A stretch of DNA of 64,000 bases from an uncultured Candidatus Actinomarina sp. (lineage in GTDB: Bacteria; Actinomycetota; Acidimicrobiia; Actinomarinales; Actinomarinaceae). Shown here one piece after another: positions 29,204 to 39,578 of the stretch (positions are counted from its first letter, which is position 1; every line of letters begins with the position of its first letter). Position numbers and translations under genes: made by a program. The notes under the pieces are model-generated. The model did not search any database. It saw only the letters and a program-made list of their open reading frames with translations, and had not been told where the DNA came from. The stretch is from NCBI GenBank assembly GCA_902626065.1, contig CACODT010000004.1, positions 16,720-80,719 of the forward strand. Direction: 5' to 3'.

Positions 29204-31132
29204 ATGGTTGAAAAGCACTCTGTAGAGTTTGTTGATAAAGATGAAAGCCAGAAAATAGAATTTTTTGATGGCGATGCTCATCTAGGTCACTATGATTTTA
29301 AGTTTGATTTCAATGATAAAAAATTTTTTTCAGTAGCTGATGATGGAAATGCAAACATAAGAGTACATTCACAAACTGATATTTCCAATCTATGGATATT
29401 TATTGAAGACCCTGACTTAAGGCCAATTCAACTTAAATGTTTGGCTGAAACTTCAAGGTACAAATTTTGGGAAATAAAACTGAAATTTAATTCAAAAATT
29501 ACAAAAATTAGCTTTGGAGCAACAACAAAAAATAATTTAAATATTTATTTTGGAACAAGTGGGATATGTAACTTTATTTCACCCTCCGAAAAATGGGTTT
29601 ACGACAAAGAAAAATTTCTTGAACATACCGTTCCTGACTGGGTTTATGGAGGTGTTATGTATCAAATATTTCCTGAACGTTTTAACTATTCAAATTCTGA
29701 TGAAGTTTTTGAAAGTAAAGTTGAGTGGGGAAGTAAACCTAAGCGTCTTGAGTTTCAGGGCGGAGATCTTTATGGAATAATTGACAAATTAGACTACATT
29801 CAAAATCTAAATGTAAATATTTTGTATCTGAATCCAATTTTTTTATCAAGTAGTACGCATAGATATGATACATGGGATCACTTTAAAGTTGATCCAAAAT
29901 TGGGTGGAGAGAAAGCATTGAAAAAATTAGTTGATGAACTCCATTTAAGAAATATGAAAATAATTTTCGATACATCATTGAATCATGTACACCCAAAACA
30001 TTTTGCATTTCAAGATCTTATTAAAAAAGGAGAAAAGTCTTCTTATAAAGATTGGTTTACTGTGTATGAATTTCCTGTTCATTTAAAATATCGACCTCAT
30101 CTTTATAAAAATACTTATAAAGTTGGCTGGGATGGTAATGAGAAAGAATATAAAGAATATTTAGAAAAAACCTTTTTAGAGACGGAAATTCCTATTCACA
30201 ACATGAGTGACGAAGGTCCTATAGTAGAACCCTCTTACAAATCATGGTGGGGAGTGCCTGATATGCCAAAGATAAATTATTCTTGTGAAGATGCAAGAAA
30301 ATGGGCATTAGATGTCACAGAGTATTGGATAAATAATTTTGATATTGATGGATGGAGGATGGACGTTGCCAAAGAAATCGATCTATTATTTTGGAAGGAT
30401 TTTAGAAAAATAGCAAAAAAAAATAAAAAAAACACACTTCTATTTTCTGAAATTTTTGGTGATACATCTCAGTGGCTTCAAGGAGATATGTTTGACGGTA
30501 CAATGAATTATTCTTTTAGAGAATCTATGGTTGATTATTTTGCTACTAAGAGAATGAATGTCGAGGAATTTTCTGATTCAATTGCTAATTTGTATTTCAT
30601 GTATTCATTTAAAGCATTATCATCTTGTCAAAACCTACTTAGTTCTCATGATGTAAAAAGATTTTTGAACAGGTGTACAGAAGTATCATCTATTTATGGA
30701 CCCATCTTCATGCAAGCAACATTTCCTGGTATTGCGGGAATTTATTATGGTGATGAAATTGGTTTAAGTGGAGGTGATGAACCAAATAACAGAGAAGCAT
30801 TCCCATGGGAAGATGAAACTAGTTGGAATCTTGAAATACAAGAATATATTAAAGAAATTATGTATTTAAAAACAACAAATGAAATTCTTAAATTTGGAAA
30901 TTTTGAACTTTTAAAAAATGTTAATGATGCGATTATTTTTCGTAGATCTTTAAATGGAAAATCTTTATTATGTATTTTCAATAGAAACAAAAAACAAAGA
31001 AACATAAAAATTTCAAGTAATGCAAATAATATTGATTTAATTTTTGGTGACTCAGATATTAAATTGGTAGAAAATAAAGTTATTATTTCCAAAATTGAAA
31101 AAAATTCTGGATTAATAATAAAAGAATACTAA
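29204..31132 (+). CDS. GH13 alpha-amylase family (neopullulanase/cyclomaltodextrinase-like)
   Basis: YQIFPERF, GGDLYGI, LYLNPIF, HRYDT, GWRMDVA, SEI, SSHD, YYGDEIG. Confidence 0.9.
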   Translation: MVEKHSVEFVDKDESQKIEFFDGDAHLGHYDFKFDFNDKKFFSVADDGNANIRVHSQTDISNLWIFIEDPDLRPIQLKCLAETSRYKFWEIKLKFNSKITKISFGATTKNNLNIYFGTSGICNFISPSEKWVYDKEKFLEHTVPDWVYGGVMYQIFPERFNYSNSDEVFESKVEWGSKPKRLEFQGGDLYGIIDKLDYIQNLNVNILYLNPIFLSSSTHRYDTWDHFKVDPKLGGEKALKKLVDELHLRNMKIIFDTSLNHVHPKHFAFQDLIKKGEKSSYKDWFTVYEFPVHLKYRPHLYKNTYKVGWDGNEKEYKEYLEKTFLETEIPIHNMSDEGPIVEPSYKSWWGVPDMPKINYSCEDARKWALDVTEYWINNFDIDGWRMDVAKEIDLLFWKDFRKIAKKNKKNTLLFSEIFGDTSQWLQGDMFDGTMNYSFRESMVDYFATKRMNVEEFSDSIANLYFMYSFKALSSCQNLLSSHDVKRFLNRCTEVSSIYGPIFMQATFPGIAGIYYGDEIGLSGGDEPNNREAFPWEDETSWNLEIQEYIKEIMYLKTTNEILKFGNFELLKNVNDAIIFRRSLNGKSLLCIFNRNKKQRNIKISSNANNIDLIFGDSDIKLVENKVIISKIEKNSGLIIKEY

Positions 31133-31923
31133 TCAAACAGTTCTTTATATAAATCCTGCCATTTTTTTGTCCAGGTTGGGATAATTGTATCTCCCCAAGG
31201 TTTTAAGTCTCCAACAAAATGTACAATAAGTGGATCCGTATAGTTTTCGTGTAGCTTTCTATCTTCAAGTAATTTAAATGCAAGTAAATTAAAAGTAATA
31301 GGCAGTGGTGACCAGTTATTTCTAAAAACAAAATTCATTGCATCCTGTTCAATACAATCGGTAGGACCAAATTCTTTAATCCACTCTATGAATTTGTCTT
31401 CAAGACTTTCTTTTCTCCAATATTCTAAATCAGCAATGAATACACCATTATTAAAATAGGGGAGATCAGGATTTAGAAATGATTTTTTACTCATCCCTGA
31501 ATATTCAACAGTTGCAACAAGTTTATTATTTAAGGGGTAATTAAGAAGCGGCATAATGCTCCTATTAACAAATGTATCTGGATCAATGTAAATAGCTTTT
31601 TTAAACTCAGGAAATAGAGAACCAATAAATAATCTATGACTCATATTTTTTGAAATATATCCAGATTCATATGCAAGTCCTTTGTTATCCAAGTCATTAA
31701 ATTTTTCAGAGCACACAAATTCGATAATTAAATTTTCACATTGTATTTTTTTTATAAACTCTTCTTCTTTTTCTATCAAATTCTTAGGAACTAAGCATTT
31801 TAAATTTAACGAAAAACCTTCGTTAAAATTTAAACTTAATGATTTCACAAATACTGATGCATAATCAAAATAATTTTCATCGAAGGATGTTACTAAAATT
31901 GTTTCTTTATAATTTTGCGTCAT
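31129..31923 (-). CDS. Glycosyltransferase family 8
   Basis: DENY, AIYIDPD (DxD), YFNNGVFIADL, EQDAMN, LPITFN, IVHFVGDLKPW. Confidence 0.88.
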   Translation of the reverse strand: MTQNYKETILVTSFDENYFDYASVFVKSLSLNFNEGFSLNLKCLVPKNLIEKEEEFIKKIQCENLIIEFVCSEKFNDLDNKGLAYESGYISKNMSHRLFIGSLFPEFKKAIYIDPDTFVNRSIMPLLNYPLNNKLVATVEYSGMSKKSFLNPDLPYFNNGVFIADLEYWRKESLEDKFIEWIKEFGPTDCIEQDAMNFVFRNNWSPLPITFNLLAFKLLEDRKLHENYTDPLIVHFVGDLKPWGDTIIPTWTKKWQDLYKELFD

Positions 31924-32037
31924 AGTCCTACTTTAAAACTTTTATTAAAAAATTTTATATTGAATTTAAAAATGATTAATTTGATTAGTTAAATCTATGT
32001 TTCTAAATTAAAATTAACAAAAGGAAGTTAGGATTTC

Positions 32038-33966
32038 ATGAGTAAATTACAAGAATTTTTAAAGAATCAAGAAAAGTCAGTTATGAGTGTTGTTGAAGGG
32101 AAAACGATTATTGATTTTTTTGATAACAATGCAGAAGAAGTCCCTGAATATCCAGCTTTAAATACACCAATAAATTCGGAATATACAGGCTGGGATTCTC
32201 TTTCCTGGTCTGAATATAGAGAAACAGTTCACAATCTAGCATCTGGTCTTATAGATGTCGGTCTTGAGATAGAAGATAATGCTTTTATTATCGCAAATAA
32301 TGTAAAAGAGCATTTTATTTCTGATCTTGGAATTATGCATGCAGGAGGGGTCCCTTCAACCATTTACAAGCAATTAAAGTCTGGTCAAATTGAATATATT
32401 TCTAACCTTTTAGAAGCAAAAATAGCTTTTGTTGGTGATGCCGAACTATTTGATGAAGTTAATAAAGCTAGAGAAAATTGTCCAGATTTGAAATACATAA
32501 TAATGGTTAAGGATTATGAACAATATAAAAGTTTAGATTATGTACTTAGCTATGAGGATTTGATTAGTAAAGGCAGAGAAATAAATAATAATGATAAGTC
32601 AGAGTTAGAAAATAGAATAAATTCAATAAAACCAGATTCTCTTGCATGCTTAATTTTTACATCTGGCACTACTGGAAATCCAAAGGGAGTAATGTTGACC
32701 CATGAAAATGTGTTATTTACTATTCAAAGTTTAATTGAACAATCTGTAAGTTTGGGTACCAATCCAAGAATAGTTTCATATTTACCTATGGCACACATTG
32801 CTGCAAGATTAACAGATCATTATCAGTCTATTTTTAGGAAAGGACAATTATTTCCAGTTCCAGTGCTTGAAGATATGGCTACTGCACTGCCAACAATAAA
32901 ACCTACATTGTTTTTTGCAGTACCAAGAGTTTGGGAAAGATTTCAATCTGGATTACTAAACAAGATTAATGAATCTGATAAAAAAGATTTAGCTTTAAAG
33001 GCAATTGATAATGGGCTTGAGAGAGTTGAATATGAGCAGAGGGGAGAAACCCCACCACTTGGAGTAAGAATTAAAGATGCGATATTCAACAAACTTGTAT
33101 TTGAAAAGTCATTTAAAGTTGGCCTCGGTCTTGATAATTCAGAAGTTTTCATTACTGCTGCAGCTCCAATGAATCCGGATGTTCAAAAATGGTTTCATGC
33201 AATTCATATTGATGTAGCTGAAGTTTACGGAATGACAGAAGATACAGGTCCTGCAACTTTTTGTGTTCCAAGTTTTGCTAGCAGCTACTTTAATAGCTTA
33301 TTGAAATCTAACAATTTGCCTGTTCCAGATGTCATGAATCCAATTGGCAAAGTTGGGATGCCAATAATGGGTACAGAAATTAAAGTCTTAGAGGATGGTG
33401 AACTTTGTATTAGAGGAAAACATGTAGCGAAGGGATACTATAAAGCTGAAGAAGAAACAAAAGCTACTTTTGATAAAGATGGATGGCTTCATACTGGTGA
33501 TTTGGCAGAAATTGATGAAAACGGCTTTGCAAAAATAATCGGTAGAAAAAAAGAAATAATTATTACTTCTGGGGGTAAAAATATAGCACCAGTTGAATTA
33601 GAAAACCTTATAAAAACCCATGATTTAATTGGCCAGATTTGTATGGTTGGCGATGGAAAGAAATTTTTAAGCGCATTAATTGTTTTGGATGGTGATGGTG
33701 GTGCTGAGAAATGGGCAAATGAAAACAATATTGAGTATGACATTGAAAACATGTCTAAAAATGAAAAAGTTCTTGCTGAAATCCAGGCACACGTTGACAA
33801 ATCAAATAGTAAAGTCGCAAATGTACAGCAAATTAAGAAGTTCACATTGCTTTCAAATGAATGGACTGACAGTAGTGGAGAATTAACTCCATCTTTAAAA
33901 TTAAAAAGACATGTTGTAACTGAAAGATATAAAGATGAAATTGAATCTATGTACGAGGAGGTCTAA
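32038..33966 (+). CDS. Long-chain fatty acyl-CoA synthetase (AMP-binding)
   Basis: IFTSGTTGNPKGV, YLPMAH, VPRVWER, YGMTE, GWLHTGD, GRKKEIIITSGGKNIAP. Confidence 0.92.
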   Translation: MSKLQEFLKNQEKSVMSVVEGKTIIDFFDNNAEEVPEYPALNTPINSEYTGWDSLSWSEYRETVHNLASGLIDVGLEIEDNAFIIANNVKEHFISDLGIMHAGGVPSTIYKQLKSGQIEYISNLLEAKIAFVGDAELFDEVNKARENCPDLKYIIMVKDYEQYKSLDYVLSYEDLISKGREINNNDKSELENRINSIKPDSLACLIFTSGTTGNPKGVMLTHENVLFTIQSLIEQSVSLGTNPRIVSYLPMAHIAARLTDHYQSIFRKGQLFPVPVLEDMATALPTIKPTLFFAVPRVWERFQSGLLNKINESDKKDLALKAIDNGLERVEYEQRGETPPLGVRIKDAIFNKLVFEKSFKVGLGLDNSEVFITAAAPMNPDVQKWFHAIHIDVAEVYGMTEDTGPATFCVPSFASSYFNSLLKSNNLPVPDVMNPIGKVGMPIMGTEIKVLEDGELCIRGKHVAKGYYKAEEETKATFDKDGWLHTGDLAEIDENGFAKIIGRKKEIIITSGGKNIAPVELENLIKTHDLIGQICMVGDGKKFLSALIVLDGDGGAEKWANENNIEYDIENMSKNEKVLAEIQAHVDKSNSKVANVQQIKKFTLLSNEWTDSSGELTPSLKLKRHVVTERYKDEIESMYEEV

Positions 33967-33968
33967 TA

Positions 33969-34874
33969 ATGGGTGATGTAAATTTCGAAAACAAAACAGT
34001 TGTAGTTACTGGTGCTGGAAATGGACTTGGTAAAGCATATGCACTTGAATTTGCAAATAGGGGTGCAAATGTAGTTGTAAATGATATTGGTGGATCAGTA
34101 AATGGCGAAGGCTCAGAAAATGCTCCAGCTGATGTTGTTGTTAAAGAAATTATTGATAATGGAGGAAGTGCTGTTGCAAACTATGACTCAGTTGCAACTA
34201 AGAGTGGAGGAGAATCAATAATTCAGTCCGCTTTAACTGAATTTGGAGGAATTCATGCTGTTGTGAATAATGCTGGTATTTTAAGAGACAAAAGTTTTGC
34301 AAAAATGGAAGAAGAAGATCTTAATGCAATAATTGATGTCCATTTAAAAGGAACATTTTTTGTTTGCCAACCTGCTTTTGTTCAAATGAAAGAACAAGGC
34401 TTTGGAAGATTCGTAAATGTTTCATCACCCTCTGGTCTTTTTGGTAACTTTGGTCAATTGAACTACGGTGCTGCAAAAATGGGAATTGTTGGGCTAACGA
34501 ATGTTTTAGCCATTGAAGGTGCCAAATATAATATAAAAGCAAATGTCATCGCTCCAAATGCAGCAACGAGGATGACAGAATCTTTATTTGGTGAAGATAT
34601 GGCAAACATGTTAACGGTAGATAACATAACTCCACTAGTTGTTTTTTTAGCATCTGAACAATGTGATATCACTCATGAAATTTTTTCAGCTGGGGGAGGA
34701 CGATTCTCAAGAGTGGGAATTTCAACAGATGTCGGTTATTTTAATTCCAATGCAAGCGCAGAAGATATTCAAGAAAATATTGAAAAAATAAGAGATTTAT
34801 CTAATTCAATATATCCGACTAGTTTAGCTGATGAGTTACCATTATTTACTGAAGCAATGAAGCAAGGAGAATAA
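33969..34874 (+). CDS. SDR oxidoreductase of the MFE-2 (R)-hydroxyacyl-CoA dehydrogenase type
   Basis: TGAGNGLG, VVNDIG, NNAGILRD, GLFGNFGQLNYGAAK, TRMT. Confidence 0.88.
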   Translation: MGDVNFENKTVVVTGAGNGLGKAYALEFANRGANVVVNDIGGSVNGEGSENAPADVVVKEIIDNGGSAVANYDSVATKSGGESIIQSALTEFGGIHAVVNNAGILRDKSFAKMEEEDLNAIIDVHLKGTFFVCQPAFVQMKEQGFGRFVNVSSPSGLFGNFGQLNYGAAKMGIVGLTNVLAIEGAKYNIKANVIAPNAATRMTESLFGEDMANMLTVDNITPLVVFLASEQCDITHEIFSAGGGRFSRVGISTDVGYFNSNASAEDIQENIEKIRDLSNSIYPTSLADELPLFTEAMKQGE

Positions 34875-34876
34875 TT

Positions 34877-36094
34877 TTGTCAGACACAAAAACTGATATA
34901 AGTAATCCAGAGGTTTTAGTTCGTGAAAAACTTGATGAACTGATTGCATTTAGAAAAGATAATGATTCTAAAACTGATTTCTGGGCAAAACAATTTGATT
35001 TAGGCCTTGCTTGGGTGCATTTTCCAGAGGGTGCTGGAGGTCTAAATGTAAATCCAAAGTTTCAACTCTTAGTAAATGAGACATTAAGAAAAGAAGGAAT
35101 TTCAATAAATAACAGAATTGCAAATCTTTTAGGAATTGGAATGGGAGCTCCAACTATTGTTGAATATGGAACCAAAGATCAAATAGATAAATATTTGAAA
35201 CCAATGTTTACTGCCGAAGAAATTTGGTGCCAATTATTTTCTGAGCCTGGTTCTGGTTCAGATTTAGCAAGTCTCTCAACAAAAGCAGTAGATGATGGAG
35301 ATGGTTATATAGTTAATGGTCAAAAGGTGTGGACTACTCTTGGGCATTTATCAAAATGGGGACTCTTAGTTACCAGAACTGATCCAGATGTACCAAAACA
35401 TAGGGGGCTTACCTTTTTTATTGTTGATATGGAATCAGAGGGAGTTGATGTTAGGCCACTAAGACAAATAACTGGTGAAGCTGAATTTAATGAGGTTTAT
35501 TTTACGGATGTGAAAATACCTAAAGAGAACGTTTTAGGGGAAGTAGGAGATGGATGGAGAGTTTCTCTCGCAATTCTTATGAATGAAAGGGTAGCAATTG
35601 GAGGAAACGTAAGGCAAAGAGGCAGCGGTGCACCGGGACATCTTGTGCAACTTTGGAAGGATAGAGATATAGATGATCCTGTAATGAAAGACAAGCTTGT
35701 AGAATTGTGGATACAACAAGAAGCTGTTCGCCTTACAAATTTGAGGGCATCAGAATTACGCGAAAAGGGAACACCAGGTCCTGAAGGGTCTACAAGTAAA
35801 CTTCATGAAGCAGAAATAAACAAGTCTTCATATGAATTTGGTATGGACATGTTGGGCAATGACGGATTGTTATTTCCGCGCGGATACCAGCTTTCCCAAC
35901 CTGAATTAAATTTTGATAATGACTCTTACGGGTTTACAGATACGCAAAGTTTATTCTTAAGATCACGTGCCAATTCTATTGAGGGCGGAACATCTGAAAT
36001 TATGAGAAATATTATTGCAGAGAGGGTACTTGGTCTTCCTGGTGAACCAAAATTAGATAAAGATAAAGCTTGGAAAGATTTACCTAGATCTTAA
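34877..36094 (+). CDS. Acyl-CoA dehydrogenase (actinobacterial FadE-type)
   Basis: WCQLFSEPGSGSDLASL, NGQKVWT, FNEVYF, NER, RANSIEGGTSEIMRNIIAERVLGLP; TTG start with AGGAG. Confidence 0.9.
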   Translation: MSDTKTDISNPEVLVREKLDELIAFRKDNDSKTDFWAKQFDLGLAWVHFPEGAGGLNVNPKFQLLVNETLRKEGISINNRIANLLGIGMGAPTIVEYGTKDQIDKYLKPMFTAEEIWCQLFSEPGSGSDLASLSTKAVDDGDGYIVNGQKVWTTLGHLSKWGLLVTRTDPDVPKHRGLTFFIVDMESEGVDVRPLRQITGEAEFNEVYFTDVKIPKENVLGEVGDGWRVSLAILMNERVAIGGNVRQRGSGAPGHLVQLWKDRDIDDPVMKDKLVELWIQQEAVRLTNLRASELREKGTPGPEGSTSKLHEAEINKSSYEFGMDMLGNDGLLFPRGYQLSQPELNFDNDSYGFTDTQSLFLRSRANSIEGGTSEIMRNIIAERVLGLPGEPKLDKDKAWKDLPRS

Positions 36095-36708
36095 CTATCT
36101 ATAACCAAACAAAATTTACCTTCTTGAACCGAAATATTAACATTTTGATTTCTAGATTTATTTCTTAACAATCTTGAAAAACCAAATTTGATATCTTCTT
36201 TATCTAAATTCCATTGCGCACCAGAAATTTCAAGTCCTACTAAATCTGTAAAATGTAAAATACTAAATTTTTTATTAGTTCCAATATCTATGGTTGATGA
36301 ATTGGGGAATAAAATTTTTTGATTGCCGTGTATCCATATAATTTCTTCATTATTTTGTAAATTTACTATTGAAAATAATGTTCCGAATAAGTGATCAATA
36401 TCTCCATATTCACCACCAATAATTGTTATATTTTCACATTTCTTATTAATTATGTAATTAAGGGCAATTTCAAAATCTGTTTGGTCTTTATTTTCTTCGA
36501 GCTCAAGTATTTCTATTTTATCTTTTTTCGCCCTTTCAAGAGTTTTTTCCTCTATTGAATCAAGATCACCGACAATTAAATCTGGCTTAAGAAACAATTT
36601 GTAAACATGTTCAGCCCCTGAGTCTACTGCGATAATAAAATCAAAAGATTGTAATTGATCTCTAACAGTGGAGTTTTGACCTCCATTAACGATTAATGCA
36701 TTTTTCAT
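36091..36708 (-). CDS. thiN: Thiamine pyrophosphokinase
   Basis: IAVDSGA, VGDLDS, KDQTDFEIAL, GGEYGDIDH. Confidence 0.88.
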   Translation of the reverse strand: MKNALIVNGGQNSTVRDQLQSFDFIIAVDSGAEHVYKLFLKPDLIVGDLDSIEEKTLERAKKDKIEILELEENKDQTDFEIALNYIINKKCENITIIGGEYGDIDHLFGTLFSIVNLQNNEEIIWIHGNQKILFPNSSTIDIGTNKKFSILHFTDLVGLEISGAQWNLDKEDIKFGFSRLLRNKSRNQNVNISVQEGKFCLVIDS

Positions 36709-36731
36709 ATCAAATTGAAGACTATCATATT

Positions 36732-37913
36732 TTATTCAATAATTGGATTGGCTAAATTCATTGCAGTCAGCAATGATTCATTTACGGTTTTTTTATCTAT
36801 TCCCTGGGAAAAAGCAAATCCTAAATACTTGTCACCATAAGGAGGTTCTAGTAAATCTGATCCCTCAGGGACTGTGATTTCAACATTTGAAATGTTTGGA
36901 ATATTTTCAAGTTCTTCTTTATTAATTGATATAAATTTTCCAGATTTTGGTGTTGGAATCATTAATACACCTACATAATTGTTAAGTAGTTCAATATTTT
37001 TTAACTCATTATTCATAAATGCATGCAATATAATTTCCTCGAGGGAGACTTTAAATAGTCCAAAACTTAGACACCTGGAACATAAACCCCCAATCATTCT
37101 TGGATTTATTTCAATTATGAATATTTGATTTTCATTTATTTTAAATTCAACATGTACAGGACCATCCTCAAGGCCAATTTTTTTACATGCCTTATCGACA
37201 ATGCTTACAACTCGTTTTTCAGCTTCACTAGATAGTTCTGAAGGGGTGATGTAAATAGATTCTTCGAAATATGGATGTTTATATTCAACAGGTTTATCAA
37301 ATATTACAATTTTTTTTAGTTTGGAATTTATTATTGTCCCTTCAAGAGCATACTCTTTTCCGTCTATGTATTCTTCAATAACAAGATCTTGATCAAAACA
37401 ATCTTGCATCAATTTTTCAATTTGTTCTTTGTTTTTTTCAACATTATTTATCTTTAGAACACTTTTACTTGCTGTTCCGTAGTTTGGTTTGAGAACTGAG
37501 GTTCCATTTTTGTTTATAAATATATTTATATCATCAATATTCTTTATAATTTCATTATTGGCTTTTATATCTAAAAGAGAATTAAATATTTTTCTGGACT
37601 CATATTTATTCATTGATAAATTAATTGACTCTAGTTTATTTCCTTTTACTTCTAATAAATCAACTAAGTATCCAGAAAACTTTAAAGCACTATGATCAAC
37701 AGGAAGCACATGGGTCACATCTTTTAGCTTTTTTATATTATTTTTATTTAGCTCGGCATCAAATTTATTAATAATAACTGTGTCTGAAAATTTACTAGAG
37801 ACCTGTTCACTATCAGTAATAATCAAGAAATCAATGCCTAGTTTTTCGGCTGCAACCACAAAATCATTTGATTTATAGCTGTTTTCTGGGATCACCAGTA
37901 ATAGTTTCTTCAT
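36732..37913 (-). CDS. ATP-grasp domain protein of unknown substrate
   Basis: MNKYESR, VLKP, VIEEYIDGKEY, HVEFK, EINPRMIGG. Confidence 0.8.
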   Translation of the reverse strand: MKKLLLVIPENSYKSNDFVVAAEKLGIDFLIITDSEQVSSKFSDTVIINKFDAELNKNNIKKLKDVTHVLPVDHSALKFSGYLVDLLEVKGNKLESINLSMNKYESRKIFNSLLDIKANNEIIKNIDDINIFINKNGTSVLKPNYGTASKSVLKINNVEKNKEQIEKLMQDCFDQDLVIEEYIDGKEYALEGTIINSKLKKIVIFDKPVEYKHPYFEESIYITPSELSSEAEKRVVSIVDKACKKIGLEDGPVHVEFKINENQIFIIEINPRMIGGLCSRCLSFGLFKVSLEEIILHAFMNNELKNIELLNNYVGVLMIPTPKSGKFISINKEELENIPNISNVEITVPEGSDLLEPPYGDKYLGFAFSQGIDKKTVNESLLTAMNLANPIIE

Positions 37914-37953
37914 ATTTATTTACACATATCTTGAACTTACTAATATTAAGTAT

Positions 37954-38586
37954 ATGACTGATGAATTTAAATTCAATATTGGAGATTCTGCTGTTGATAA
38001 AATTCTCGAATTAAGAGAACAAGAGCCTGGTGAAAAAGATTATGCCCTTTTTCTTCAAATCGATGGAGTACAGGGAAACCAATACACTTACGACTTGAGT
38101 TTTTTAGACCTTGATCAAGCAAGGCCTGATGATAAAAGACTAGATTTCGGTGAGTTAGCAGTTGTTATTGCAAATAAGGATGTTGAAAATTTTAATGGTG
38201 CCAGTTTAGATATGTCAGATGACCCAAATGCTCCAGGATTGACAATGGATAATCCAAATACACCAAGTCCTGCAATGTTTGGAAATCCTGAAGAAATGCC
38301 TGAATTAACGGGTGAGCTTGCTGAAAAAGTACAAACTGTTTTAGAAAGTCAAATCAACCCAGCGATTGCATCACATGGTGGGAAAGCAACTTTAGTTGGT
38401 GTTGAAGGTCAAGATGTATATCTTAGACTTGGCGGTGGCTGCCAGGGCTGTGGTATGGCACAAGTGACTTTAACACAAGGTATAGAAACAGCATTAAGAG
38501 ATGCAGTACCTGAAATTGGTAATATCATTGACGCAACTGATCATTCATCAGGTTCAAATCCTTATTTTGAATCATCAAAGAAATAA
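37954..38586 (+). CDS. nfuA: NfuA-type Fe-S carrier (Cys-less A-type domain + NifU C-terminal domain)
   Basis: INPAIASHGG, LGGGCQGCG (CxxC), GIETAL, DATDHSSGSNPY. Confidence 0.85.
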   Translation: MTDEFKFNIGDSAVDKILELREQEPGEKDYALFLQIDGVQGNQYTYDLSFLDLDQARPDDKRLDFGELAVVIANKDVENFNGASLDMSDDPNAPGLTMDNPNTPSPAMFGNPEEMPELTGELAEKVQTVLESQINPAIASHGGKATLVGVEGQDVYLRLGGGCQGCGMAQVTLTQGIETALRDAVPEIGNIIDATDHSSGSNPYFESSKK

Positions 38587-39558
38587 TTAAAATTTAACTA
38601 CTGATTTACCGATATTTTTTCTATTTACAAATCTTTCTAATGCTTCAGGGACATCGTTGATAGAGTAAATCTTATTCGGAACAATCTTTAAACTTTCGTT
38701 TTCAATAAAATTTAAGAGTTCTTTAAAATCCTCATAAAGTTCATTTGGTGATGTCATGGTCCACCTTCCCCACCATACACCAATTATTGATACACCTTTG
38801 ACCAGTGTTAAATTTAAAGGAACTTTAGGAATATTACCATCTGTAAATCCGACTACTAGAAGTCTTCCATTCCAAGCTGTTGCCCGTAATGCTTGTTCAG
38901 TAACATTTCCTCCAACGGGGTCCATTACAACATCAACACCATTGCCATTTGTTAATTTTTTAACCTCATCTTTTAGATCAAATTTATCATATCTGATAAC
39001 TTCATCTGCTCCTAAAGTTTTTACATATTCTTCTTTTTCTTGATTGCTAACTGCGCAGATAGTTTTTACACCTAAAATTTTTGCAAGTTGGATGGTAGCA
39101 GTACCAATACCACCGGCCGCTCCCAATACGAGGATTGTTTCACCTTTTTTTATATTTGCTCTTCTTTTAAGAGCGTAATATGAAGTTCCATAATTTATTG
39201 GAAGACTGGCAGCTTCTACTGAGCTTAAAGAACTATTTATTGGAATTACTAAGTTTTTATTTATTGCAACGTACTCGGAAAAACCTCCAATTTCAGGTAA
39301 ACCTATTACTTTAGTTCCAATTTTAAAATCTACTTTTTCACCAACTTCATCGATTAAGCCACATATCTCATTTCCAGGAGTAAATGGAGGATCTAAAACA
39401 ACTTGGTATTTACCTTGTACAAGAAGTGCATCGGGAAAGTTGATTCCAGCTGCCTCAACTTTTATTAATACTTCTTCTTTGGAGGGAGTGGGTTTTTTTA
39501 CTTCCTTAATTTCAAGAAGTTTTGGATCACCAAGTTTTGTACAAACAACAGATTTCAT
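38587..39558 (-). CDS. NADPH:quinone oxidoreductase family (MDR)
   Basis: GINFPD, PFTPGNE, LGAAGGIG, DPVGG, GRLLVVGF, GKSV. Confidence 0.88.
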   Translation of the reverse strand: MKSVVCTKLGDPKLLEIKEVKKPTPSKEEVLIKVEAAGINFPDALLVQGKYQVVLDPPFTPGNEICGLIDEVGEKVDFKIGTKVIGLPEIGGFSEYVAINKNLVIPINSSLSSVEAASLPINYGTSYYALKRRANIKKGETILVLGAAGGIGTATIQLAKILGVKTICAVSNQEKEEYVKTLGADEVIRYDKFDLKDEVKKLTNGNGVDVVMDPVGGNVTEQALRATAWNGRLLVVGFTDGNIPKVPLNLTLVKGVSIIGVWWGRWTMTSPNELYEDFKELLNFIENESLKIVPNKIYSINDVPEALERFVNRKNIGKSVVKF

Positions 39559-39578
39559 TTGTTTATTTAAGGAAATGT

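Noticed and set aside
36709-37953. TPP riboswitch near thiN
   Set aside because: The intergenic gaps are too short and lack the conserved TPP aptamer motifs.
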